The translations under genes and the position numbers were made by a program. Shown piece by piece: positions 1-8,570 of a DNA stretch of 42,450 bases. Source of the DNA: Trichormus sp. ATA11-4-KO1. GTDB taxonomy: Bacteria; Cyanobacteriota; Cyanobacteriia; Cyanobacteriales; Nostocaceae. The notes under the pieces are model-generated. The model was not told the origin of the DNA. It was given only the letters and a program-made list of their open reading frames with translations, and did not search any database. Where the stretch lies: contig JAHHIM010000039.1 in NCBI GenBank assembly GCA_019358915.1, positions 1-42,450 on the forward strand, written 5' to 3'. The first letter of the stretch is position 1; each line of letters opens with the position of its first letter.

Positions 1-123
1 TTGCAAATAATAATGAGTCTGTTTGCAATTAATGTGAGCCAACAATTTTCTTGTTTGCAATTAATGTGAGCCAACAATTTTCTTGTTTGCAAGCCGGAGC
101 GTTTATGTTTGCGAGCCGCAACA
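1..123. mobile_element. End of a TGT...ACA transposable element (terminal inverted repeat with internal repeats); interior lies outside the window or the element is a ~245-bp MITE spanning the junction
   Basis: 1-123 is a near-perfect inverted copy of 42329-42450. It ends in ...GCCGCAACA followed by CATATA (124-129), which is also found at 42323-42328. It contains tandem TGTTTGCAATTAATGTGAGCC repeats. Confidence 0.85.
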
Positions 124-506
124 CATATAGATGTTTCTGATTTCTCAGTGCTAGTATCATCTTCGATAGTTTGCAACTGAGTTACATCATTTACGTTGCT
201 GTCTACTGTTGCTAATCCTTCACCAGTGGGCGCTGTTTCTGGTTCTTCTGATTGGGGGATTGATGCGATTGCCTCTGGTTCTTCTTCAGTGGTAGTAGTG
301 GTGTCGATTTCCAGTTCTTCACTAATAACGTTTAACTTAGTGGCGTTATTCATAAAGTGTTCAAAAATAGCTGATATCTCCTCATCTGTTGGCTTATTTA
401 TGTCTTTAACCAATTCTTTGTAAATTGGTCTAATTTCACCCAATGACACCTTTAATCCTTGTCTAGATAGTTTTGATTGAATGCGTTTAGCAATTGTAGT
501 AACCAT
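124..506 (-). pseudogene. 5' part of an acidic/coiled-coil hypothetical gene interrupted by the transposable element
   Basis: ATG at 506 with GGAG upstream. The frame MVTTIAKRIQSKLSRQG...TEKSETSIC runs into the element and joins 42322-41851 in frame when the element and one CATATA are removed (855 nt, 284 aa). Confidence 0.8.
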
Positions 507-522
507 GTGTTTTTCTCCAAAT

Positions 523-987
523 TTAGCTGACTTTAGCGAGTGAGTTGTTTTGTTTTTTCGACTTGTAAATTAGTGCAAGCGCACAAATAGGAATAAGAAC
601 TGTTTTGTTGTAGAAAGCTTTACTCTTGTAGCCTCCACATCTTTTAAACCATCTGGATATCGTTGATTGATTTGGATGAATGTTTAGCTGCTCCAGAAGT
701 TTTATAAACTGTTCTCCAGTTATGCCTTCACCAATACTTGGTTCTAGTTGTTTCGAGATTTGGACTTTTACTTTGTGGTATTGGCTAAAGTACCTGGGAG
801 ATGTTTTCTTTAGTGCAATAAACAGTTCAAATCCTGACTTGGTTAGTGGTAATTCACAGGTAATCATTGACTTTCTGACTCTCCACCAGTGAGAATCACA
901 GACTCTCTCACCTATCAATGTTTCGTAAATTACGCGCTCCTGGTTTTCCATAGTTTTTATGCAATATGCACAAGTTGAATTTTGCAT
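523..987 (-). CDS. Hypothetical protein with a probable C-terminal helix-turn-helix
   Basis: 154-aa ORF co-oriented with the downstream operon. ...LLEQLNIHPNQSTISRWFKR resembles an HTH. Confidence 0.6.
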   Translation of the reverse strand: MQNSTCAYCIKTMENQERVIYETLIGERVCDSHWWRVRKSMITCELPLTKSGFELFIALKKTSPRYFSQYHKVKVQISKQLEPSIGEGITGEQFIKLLEQLNIHPNQSTISRWFKRCGGYKSKAFYNKTVLIPICALALIYKSKKQNNSLAKVS

Positions 988-998
988 CTATGCAGTAT

Positions 999-1042
999 AT
1001 GAATTACGCATCTCGCGTATATGAATTGCACATCTCGCGTAT
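999..1042. repeat. Two tandem 22-bp direct repeats (possible operator)
   Basis: ATGAATTACGCATCTCGCGTAT / ATGAATTGCACATCTCGCGTAT, with a degenerate copy near 975-996. Confidence 0.6.
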
Positions 1043-1118
1043 CTGCTTTTTACATCCTGCATTTGGGGAGTGCAATTAAATGCACGGTAAGCAAATATGC
1101 GGTATCTGTATTGCAACT

Positions 1119-1340
1119 TTAAAGGTGTTTACGACTTCCATTGCTTGCTGTTAGGTTGTTGTGGTTATGCGGACGAATTGCATAACTCTCTGCTGGCACA
1201 CTGCTATCAGCTTGAAAAATTAACTTCTCTACTGCTGCGGATAATGCTTGGGTTGGCACGTCTTGAGGCAGTCCAAACATTTTGCACAATTCTTCCACTG
1301 CTAAGTAGGAAATGGTGATGCGCCGAGAGTCATATTTCAT
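1119..1340 (-). CDS. Small hypothetical protein, possibly a regulator heading the minus-strand operon
   Basis: 73-aa ATG ORF with a purine-rich sequence upstream, divergent from the RHH gene. Confidence 0.45.
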   Translation of the reverse strand: MKYDSRRITISYLAVEELCKMFGLPQDVPTQALSAAVEKLIFQADSSVPAESYAIRPHNHNNLTASNGSRKHL

Positions 1341-1661
1341 GGGTTTACATTCCTACACAAATTTTTGTTACAGATTTAAGCAGCTTGATTGAGCCAATTT
1401 TTTGCATTGGCGAATGCTACTTTCATGTTTCTGTTTTTTCAAAGTCTTCAATTATGGCTATTTAACGCAATTTTTAGTCAAATAACGTTAAATATAAATA
1501 TCCAGGTAATGGTTAGCCCTAGCAGCACTTTCTGGCTTCTATTGCCTTTGTTTTGTGGCTGTTTTTGGCTTGATAGTGCTATTATAACACTGTATAACAC
1601 CAGTGACAAGGGAGAAGTTTAGACTGAAAATGGGGTTATTCAAACACCAGACAGTGTTACG

Positions 1662-1847
1662 ATGCCCACAGGAAAAAGGTTAAACATTTATTTCACTGAT
1701 GAGGATGACTTAGCAATTTACGACTTGGTATATTCTGAAGCAAAAGCTGAAAAACGCTCTATGAGTCAAATGGTGAAAATTCTTGCTTCTGAAGCAATCG
1801 CGGCCAGACACAAAAAAACCAAATTTCACAAGCAGGATGAAGTGTAG
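1662..1847 (+). CDS. Ribbon-helix-helix (CopG/Arc-like) regulator
   Basis: 61 aa with KRLNIYF beta-strand and AKAEKRSMSQMVKIL helices; upstream of rep. Confidence 0.75.
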   Translation: MPTGKRLNIYFTDEDDLAIYDLVYSEAKAEKRSMSQMVKILASEAIAARHKKTKFHKQDEV

Positions 1848-2023
1848 CTACATGGAAGTACCAAAACGGTAAAACATATTAACTAACAACCACACAGTAG
1901 AAATTCAATGTAAACTTCGCAATGTTAGTTAGATATCAGACAGCCATAAGTTTGTATGATGAGGCAATTGCTTAGATGAAGTGGATAACGGAGGTAAATA
2001 TAAAACAGCACAAAAACATAAAT

Positions 2024-2060
2024 GGACAAAACGCCACTACTAAGTAGTGACGCTCTGCCC
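2024..2060 (-). terminator. Minus-strand RNA hairpin followed by a U-rich tract; candidate terminator of an antisense RNA in the rep leader
   Basis: A 17-bp stem pairs fully only on the minus strand (4 G-U pairs) and is followed by AUUUAUGUUUUUG. Confidence 0.55.
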
Positions 2061-2343
2061 AATAAGCAAAATTAAATATTCAATAAACCGGAGCGGGGTT
2101 GTCTCAAAGAATCCAAGACAGTGGCCAAAAGTGTAGGAAGCTTGCAAACCACTGATTGGCGAAATGAGATTCAGTCCGCGCTGCCTTCCCATATTATATG
2201 GGTTCTTGTGTCAATCGTGGTGTGCATCTAGTGGCAAATTTTGACTAAAAAAGTCATCAGATTGTAATTTCATCGTCCAAAAATCGGCAAAACAAAGTAG
2301 CACAGCAAATTTTCAAGATATAAGGTGTAGCAGCGCGATAACC

Positions 2344-2376
2344 CCCTCCAAATACTGAAAACCAAGTATTTGAGGG
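2344..2376 (+). promoter_or_regulatory. Hairpin sequestering the rep ribosome-binding site
   Basis: CCCTC(C)AAATACT...AGTATTTGAGGG; the GAGGG arm lies 7 nt upstream of the GTG start at 2384. Confidence 0.5.
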
Positions 2377-2383
2377 TAAATCT

Positions 2384-5300
2384 GTGATAAATAGCAACCG
2401 TGCCTTGGCAGAAAGTCAAGACCAATCGCCGAAGTTTAAATTTGCTGTCAACACTTTTGGCAGAAACAAAGACTGGGACTTTAAAAAACTAGCTGCCAAC
2501 TTCCAAGATACAGAAGGGACGCTCGCGGATGTCCAGCAGCACATTAAAGCAGGTCACGCCATCTGTGCTGGCTTATTGGGTGGTAAATGGCGCAGTAAAG
2601 CCCATATCATCGGTTCTCACTGGCTATTACTCGACATCGATAATTCTGATGTTGCCCGTGATGCAGAGGGCAAGCCAATCAAAGACGAGAACGGGAATTA
2701 CATCAAAATTTATGATCCCCAACTAACCATTGAAGAAGCCCTAGCCCATCCCTTCATCCGAAAACACTGTGCTTTGATGTACACCACTGCCAGTCACAAA
2801 CCAGACTGGCATAAATTCCGGCTAATTTTCCCTTTACCCCAATACGTCGAGGGTGCTGACACTGTAGAAGCTTGTACACGCTTCCTGATGCAGCAGTTAC
2901 CCCATGATCCCGCCTGTAAAGATGCCAGCCGGGTTTTCTACGGCAACACCGAAGCCGAATTTTTCATAGTCAACCCCCAAGCCACATTACCAGTCGAGTG
3001 GGTAACTCAAGCGATCGCGATCGCTCACCAAGAAAAAATCGAATATGAGCAACGCATAGCCGAAATTACCTCCCGGCGTATCCAGTTCCAAGAACAGGCT
3101 ATTGCCCAAAACTGGGACGTAGACCAACTAATTCAACAAGCACTCAGCTATATCCCCCCACGCAGCTTCGGCTCTGGGAATTACCAAGAATGCTTACAAG
3201 TCTTAATGGCACTATACAGCCATTACGGGGCTGTAGATGCAGAAATTCTTGGGGAACAGTGGTCGCCCTCCATCAAAGGCACCACCTGGAACATTAGAGC
3301 GAAAATCAGAAGCTTTGAACGCTCTCGACGTGCGGGGATCACGATTGGGACACTGTTTCACATCGCCAAGCAGTATGGCTTCCGCTTTCCCCAACGGCAG
3401 TACGAACCATCTCAACGCGACAAAGGGCTGATTAGCCGTGAGCAGTGGGAGCTTGGACAAGTCCGAGAAGATTTGACCAGTTTCCAAAACTTATTAAAAC
3501 AGGCATTCGCTCCTTTTGTTAAAGCTGCCAAAGGATTCTCAACCCCCACATCAGGAGAGCCAGCACCCACATCACCGCAACCAAAACCCGTTTCTACCAC
3601 CCCAAGACGGCAGGTAATCATCTACAAGCGGGGCAATATCCCCCACAGAAGCGAAATTACAGGCAATATGTATATTGAGTGCCAACCAGAGGAACACATC
3701 GCCGCATGGGTAGAAGCCATTTCCAAGGGCTGGACACAAATTCTAGATAATTCCCACCCCGGACTGGGCAAATCCCACAACGCCGGACAACTGACAGCTG
3801 CCATCTTCGGGATTGATAAATTAATTTACCAGGATGCCAACCACAGAAACCCCTCTACACTACCCATCGAGGCTAACTTTGTTGACCTCCCCGTGCGGCA
3901 CAATGGTTTAAAAATTGACACTAGCCGTACTACCCCAATGGGCGAAAACTTTCTCCTGCGTCCCAGACCAGGTGAAACTCCTGATACTGATGGCAATTGT
4001 CACCGCAGTTACTTATTTGAAGGATTTCGGGAGAAAAACTTTCAATCTTTAGATTTTGAAGAAAGTTCCATTAGCCCCATCTGTGACGGTTGCTCACTGA
4101 AAAATCAATGTCGTTTCGCCTCTGGCCCTGGTTTTGGCTTCCGCAACCAAAAACGCACAGTCATTCAAAATTACTCCGAAATCAGAGCGCATCCCGACTC
4201 TACCCCCGTTACCTTAACCAACGTGGCTGGTCAACCTTTCACCGTAGGGCGGATTTGGGAAGAAGCAGGGACTCTCATCAAGCCTGTGCGTTCACTGGAA
4301 TTGCGGTTGAGCGATTTTGATACCACTGTCGCCAAATTAGCTACAAGCGGCTTACCGAGTGAACAATGGTCAAAACTCCAGCCCATTTTACAGGTTTTGC
4401 GATCGCTTCTGGCTCAACAAATTAAGCCCCCTTCTCGTTACGGCTTCAATGATCATGACATCCGGGCGGTACTGCCGGATTTCCCAGAAGATTTAGACAT
4501 AGAAGCAATTCAGCAGATTTTAGAACCTGATTTAGATTTTCTCGCTGATTTGGACTCCATTGATATCCAGGCTGACAAACAACTCAAAAAAAGCGCCGCC
4601 GCCCGTTATGCTGCCAAGCAATTAACTAAAGACAGCGCCCTTCATGCTGGTAGGGAATTTCTGGAATTACCTTTGTACTGGCTCACCGATTTCCTGGAAG
4701 CTTGGAAAGGTAACGGTTCTTTGGCTTGTAAGTGGGGTGTAGTGACCATTTATCGTCCTCACACCAAATATACTGAATTAGCCAACTCTGCCCAATTTAA
4801 TATTTACCTTGATGCCACTACCACCGCCCAGCAGTTGAAATTGAAACTTAACTATCATGACCCCGTGTTAGTCATCCAGCAGTCACGCCCTGACTACAGC
4901 AATTTAAAGGTGGTTAATGTGACTGGACTGGGTAAATTGTCTAAAAATCGCTCTAGTTCCTTAACTGACCGTGTTAATGCCCTCAAAGAAACTTTGCGTC
5001 AAATCCACAAGCATCTCGGCATCATCGAGTGGAAAAAAATTGCATCTCAGGCTGAAGACCGCATTGAATACGGTCACTTTGTCGATGGTCGCGGTGTTAA
5101 CAGGTTCAGTGATGCCGATGCTCTAGCCAGCTTTGGCATTCCCTACCAAAACATCGGCTCGTTAGCAGCACATTTTCAGGTGATGACTGGTCAACCCGTC
5201 AACCTTGAAGACCCAGAAAGCACCTTCCAAAAGTATCTGATTGAATTGCTCCAAGCCGAAATCATTCAAGAAATTGGTCGATTACGCGCTCATCGTCGCC

Positions 5301-5920
5301 CCAACGTGGAGCTAACATTCTACTTCTGTGCTGATTATGACCTGAGTTTTCTTTTAGATGAACTCCCTGGCGTGAAATTAGAGGTTGTCGATGCCTGCGA
5401 TTTCTGCACCGAAGCGGGTAACCGCGAACAGCAGACTGGACACGCCATCGTCAACGCTTTCACCCAACTTTGGCAGTCGCAGCAGAAAATTGGGCAAACG
5501 GCAATCGCCAAAATCATCGGCATTAGCCAGGAATGGGTGAGCAAATTTACCCAACGCTGGGGGGGTTGGTTTAAGTTTAGAAAAATATTACTTTTACTAT
5601 TAGACAGTCTTTATAGCGATAGTCATAAAAATTTCACAGACTTGAGCGACGAGGAAAAGTGGTTCGCCCGTGAATACTTCCCCCACCTGGTTACTGAGTC
5701 GGAATCATCACCAGAAGATGCCTTAGAACACATAGCTGAAGTGGCTACAAGTGTTACTAATACTGCGATGCGGCGAATTTTCCACTACTGCACCCCTCAA
5801 GTTAGGGCTAACTTGCTGATGATTATCTTGCGTTGCTTACCCACTGAGGTTTACTCAGACCAATCCATTTTTAGCGTTGTTGCCCCGGTGCAAGCTGTAA
5901 CTAACCCGACAGTGACCTGA
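2384..5920 (+). CDS. Plasmid replication protein: AEP-type primase + PriCT-2-like domain + helicase-like region + C-terminal HTH
   Basis: 1178 aa. Primase motifs LDID, YTTASH..HKFRLIF, DPACKD. P-loop HPGLGKS, a Cys cluster, QEIGRLR (SF2 motif VI-like) and HTH QTAIAKIIGISQEWVSK. Confidence 0.8.
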   Translation: MINSNRALAESQDQSPKFKFAVNTFGRNKDWDFKKLAANFQDTEGTLADVQQHIKAGHAICAGLLGGKWRSKAHIIGSHWLLLDIDNSDVARDAEGKPIKDENGNYIKIYDPQLTIEEALAHPFIRKHCALMYTTASHKPDWHKFRLIFPLPQYVEGADTVEACTRFLMQQLPHDPACKDASRVFYGNTEAEFFIVNPQATLPVEWVTQAIAIAHQEKIEYEQRIAEITSRRIQFQEQAIAQNWDVDQLIQQALSYIPPRSFGSGNYQECLQVLMALYSHYGAVDAEILGEQWSPSIKGTTWNIRAKIRSFERSRRAGITIGTLFHIAKQYGFRFPQRQYEPSQRDKGLISREQWELGQVREDLTSFQNLLKQAFAPFVKAAKGFSTPTSGEPAPTSPQPKPVSTTPRRQVIIYKRGNIPHRSEITGNMYIECQPEEHIAAWVEAISKGWTQILDNSHPGLGKSHNAGQLTAAIFGIDKLIYQDANHRNPSTLPIEANFVDLPVRHNGLKIDTSRTTPMGENFLLRPRPGETPDTDGNCHRSYLFEGFREKNFQSLDFEESSISPICDGCSLKNQCRFASGPGFGFRNQKRTVIQNYSEIRAHPDSTPVTLTNVAGQPFTVGRIWEEAGTLIKPVRSLELRLSDFDTTVAKLATSGLPSEQWSKLQPILQVLRSLLAQQIKPPSRYGFNDHDIRAVLPDFPEDLDIEAIQQILEPDLDFLADLDSIDIQADKQLKKSAAARYAAKQLTKDSALHAGREFLELPLYWLTDFLEAWKGNGSLACKWGVVTIYRPHTKYTELANSAQFNIYLDATTTAQQLKLKLNYHDPVLVIQQSRPDYSNLKVVNVTGLGKLSKNRSSSLTDRVNALKETLRQIHKHLGIIEWKKIASQAEDRIEYGHFVDGRGVNRFSDADALASFGIPYQNIGSLAAHFQVMTGQPVNLEDPESTFQKYLIELLQAEIIQEIGRLRAHRRPNVELTFYFCADYDLSFLLDELPGVKLEVVDACDFCTEAGNREQQTGHAIVNAFTQLWQSQQKIGQTAIAKIIGISQEWVSKFTQRWGGWFKFRKILLLLLDSLYSDSHKNFTDLSDEEKWFAREYFPHLVTESESSPEDALEHIAEVATSVTNTAMRRIFHYCTPQVRANLLMIILRCLPTEVYSDQSIFSVVAPVQAVTNPTVT

Positions 5921-6075
5921 AAAAATTTATCGGCTGACATCTCTACTGACCACCACAGTAATAAAAGATGCTCCAAAAGATGATTGTATACTTAATCATT
6001 GAGTGAGCGTCCGACTCAACATAGCTAAAAACCCAATTAAACATTCATGTTTACTAGATATTTTTCAAATGTTGC

Positions 6076-6870
6076 TTACATAGAATTGTCCTCAACTCTG
6101 GTTTTTGCGCCTGACAGTCCCAAAAAAGAGCCACCTTTCATCATCTCTAACTCTTGTTTTGGTATCCACGTAGATAACCTACTTTTATTAGCTATACCTA
6201 TTTTGTTGATATCGTAATTTACTGCTTCGGTAAAACTGGCATCAAGTTCGTCAATTTTGTCGTAGACCCATTCAAACAAACGGCGAAAATTTAACTCAAT
6301 CGCTCCCAACTCCAGAACAGATTGTCTAGTTTTAGATTCGTTGTACTTGCTGAAAGCTTTTTCATCTTCTTCATCTTCACTCCAATACAAATTTCTCACC
6401 ACCACATAATCAACTTGATTACCGCAAAATTCCATTAACCGTTTGAGTTGAATAATGCTTTCTTTCCCCCGACCTAGTACCGATACCATAGTGATGCGAT
6501 AGCCGAGGTCTGCATCTGTTATATCTTGAACAAAATCCCGAAAATATTCCCCCACTCCCGACGGCAGATCCATTAAAGCCACAACAGGAGCTAACGTTGA
6601 CAAATCATTTTGTAAAACATCTCTGACACCCCGTTGATTAAATTTAATTGTTTTTACCCCCCCTGGCACAACTCTGTTATAGTGCCTCCACAATTGGGGA
6701 TTATGAGGGTCGCAATCATACGCCAAAACATCAATATCGTTAGCCAAGTACATATTCAAAAGAAACCTAGCTACAATACTTTTACCTACACCTCCCTTAT
6801 CCCCAGTACACAGCACTATTCTTTGATTGAGTCCTGCTTTCCCTGAACTTCGACGGCTTGTTTTACTCAT
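6076..6870 (-). CDS. ParA/MinD-family P-loop ATPase next to oriT (TraL/MobD/StbB-like)
   Basis: Deviant Walker A GDKGGVGKS, AYDCD, MDLPSG; operon divergent from mobC/relaxase. Confidence 0.75.
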   Translation of the reverse strand: MSKTSRRSSGKAGLNQRIVLCTGDKGGVGKSIVARFLLNMYLANDIDVLAYDCDPHNPQLWRHYNRVVPGGVKTIKFNQRGVRDVLQNDLSTLAPVVALMDLPSGVGEYFRDFVQDITDADLGYRITMVSVLGRGKESIIQLKRLMEFCGNQVDYVVVRNLYWSEDEEDEKAFSKYNESKTRQSVLELGAIELNFRRLFEWVYDKIDELDASFTEAVNYDINKIGIANKSRLSTWIPKQELEMMKGGSFLGLSGAKTRVEDNSM

Positions 6871-6882
6871 AATTCAACCAGT

Positions 6883-7383
6883 TTATAAATCTTCATCCTT
6901 GTAAACTTTTGGTTGAAAGGCATAGTCATTGAACTCCCTCTGTAAATCTGATTCACCCTCTTGCTGCTGTGCTACTGGCTGTTGACTTTTTCTCTTGCCC
7001 TTGGCACTACTTACAGTTGATTTTTCAGCCTCACTGCTGGTTTTAACTGCTGGTTGAGTTTCACTAGTTTGCTCTGATGACTGATTATTCTCTTGCTCCT
7101 CAGATTTCTTTCGCTGACGGCTACTTTTTCTCAACTCACCGATTAAATATTTAATCCGACTACCACTCAAATTAATCCCCAGACCCTTCAACATTTCTGA
7201 AACTTCATCGTAAGTGTAGCCGTACTTGTCAGAAGTCAGCTTTTCAATATACCGCCTCATCTTGCGAACAGCTTCCCTGTCTGATACATCCTCTCGTTCT
7301 TTTGGCTTTTGTTCCTTCAGCAGATTGATAGCCTGATCAATCTTCTCCTTCGTAATTACCTCTGGATTCTTCTGCTCACCCAT
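6883..7383 (-). CDS. Basic DNA-binding protein (HTH-like), candidate oriT-region binding accessory protein
   Basis: 166 aa. GYTYDEVSEMLKGLGINLSGSRIKYL HTH-like segment plus a low-complexity tail; first gene downstream of the repeat array. Confidence 0.65.
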   Translation of the reverse strand: MGEQKNPEVITKEKIDQAINLLKEQKPKEREDVSDREAVRKMRRYIEKLTSDKYGYTYDEVSEMLKGLGINLSGSRIKYLIGELRKSSRQRKKSEEQENNQSSEQTSETQPAVKTSSEAEKSTVSSAKGKRKSQQPVAQQQEGESDLQREFNDYAFQPKVYKDEDL

Positions 7384-7475
7384 TGTTATTTTATGAATAT
7401 TAATTAACTACTAATTATCAACTATTTGCAAAAATCTCCCCCAGCTTTTTTGAAAAAAGGTAATAAAAATTTGAC

Positions 7476-7960
7476 TATTGCGGCTACGCCGATTGATTGC
7501 ATTACTCATGAGGTGCTGTTCATCAATTCATGATTACAGCTACGCTGATTGTATGACTTACGAGTTGCTGGTTATAAATTCGCTATTGCGGCTATGCCGT
7601 TCTCCCCATTCAATATAAGCCTGAAAAAAGTTGCTATTGCGGCTACGCCGTGACCAAATTTTAGTGTGGCGGCTACGCCGTAACTTTCATTTAATCTAAA
7701 AAATTTTTACTACTGCGGCTACGCCGTAACCAGATTTTCATGTAGTGGCTACGCCATGATGATTATTTAGTCCTGCCCTTGATAACTTAGTTACTGCGGC
7801 TACGCCATTTCCCCTATTTAGTCCGAGCTAAATTTATCTAGCCCATTGTGCCTACGCCTAATCAAAAATTCCCCCAATGCTTGATTTATTGGTTATTACA
7901 GCTACGCCGTTGCTATTCCCCACCGTAGTTGATAGGATTATCAGCACCACGGCTACGCCG
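7476..7960. repeat. Array of 11 short palindromes (core GGCTACGCC) with mostly ~51-bp spacing
   Basis: Cores start at 7482, 7538, 7590, 7641, 7671, 7717, 7747, 7798, 7850, 7900 and 7951. Confidence 0.85.
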
Positions 7961-7970
7961 TATCCTGCCC
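7949..7970 (+). other. Candidate oriT nic site (MOBP-type YATCCTG^Y)
   Basis: ACGGC-TAC-GCCGT inverted repeat runs directly into TATCCTGCCC, matching the IncP-type nic consensus, ~170 bp upstream of mobC. Polarity relative to mobC is atypical. Confidence 0.4.
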
Positions 7971-8135
7971 CCAGTCTCTCACAGTGTCTCCGTACACACG
8001 TAGCCTCTGACACCTCCTCACTACCTAAATTGGGCTGGAAGCCAGCCATGCCTCAAAGCTGACGCTTTGCCTCGCTGCGCTCGGACAGCAGACTGGTTCA
8101 AGGGGGAGTTGCCCCCTTGAAAAACCCCCCTCGCA

Positions 8136-8570
8136 ATGTCCCCCAATATCCCGCTTATGGCTAATCGCAAGCAGTCAAAAAGACTCGTCAGAAACCACCT
8201 CTTTTCACTCAGACTGAGTGATATTGAATTGGATCTGCTGCGAATCAAATCACATGACGCGGGAATGTCAGCCAGTGAACTAATGAGGCGTAACGGATTA
8301 CTGCGACCACTACCAAAACGACTGAGTAAAATTAGCCTACAAACATATTGGGAACTAGGACAAATCGGCAATAACTTAAACCAACTCGTCAAAGCCACAA
8401 ACACAGCCATAAAAATGGGTAGCACTCCACCAGCCAACCCACAACTATTACAAGAACTTTTAAAAGTATTGCATCAGTGTAGACGAGACATTGCCCAAGC
8501 TGATACGGAATCTGAAGACTGGTCAGAAGAGGAAGAAGAAAGCGATGATTGGGAAGCAGACGAAGGGTAG
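8136..8570 (+). CDS. mobC: Relaxosome accessory protein MobC (RHH)
   Basis: SLRLSDIE...AGMSASELMR and the MobC signature ELGQIGNNLNQL; overlaps the relaxase start. Confidence 0.9.
   Translation: MSPNIPLMANRKQSKRLVRNHLFSLRLSDIELDLLRIKSHDAGMSASELMRRNGLLRPLPKRLSKISLQTYWELGQIGNNLNQLVKATNTAIKMGSTPPANPQLLQELLKVLHQCRRDIAQADTESEDWSEEEEESDDWEADEG

Noticed and set aside
1..123. Telomeres of a linear plasmid or phage
   Set aside because: The TGT/ACA termini face inward with a target duplication and an interrupted gene, which is the geometry of an insertion in a circle.
7476..7960. CRISPR array
   Set aside because: The repeat core is only 9-16 bp, spacing is irregular (30-56 bp), and there are no cas genes; binding sites beside oriT are more likely.
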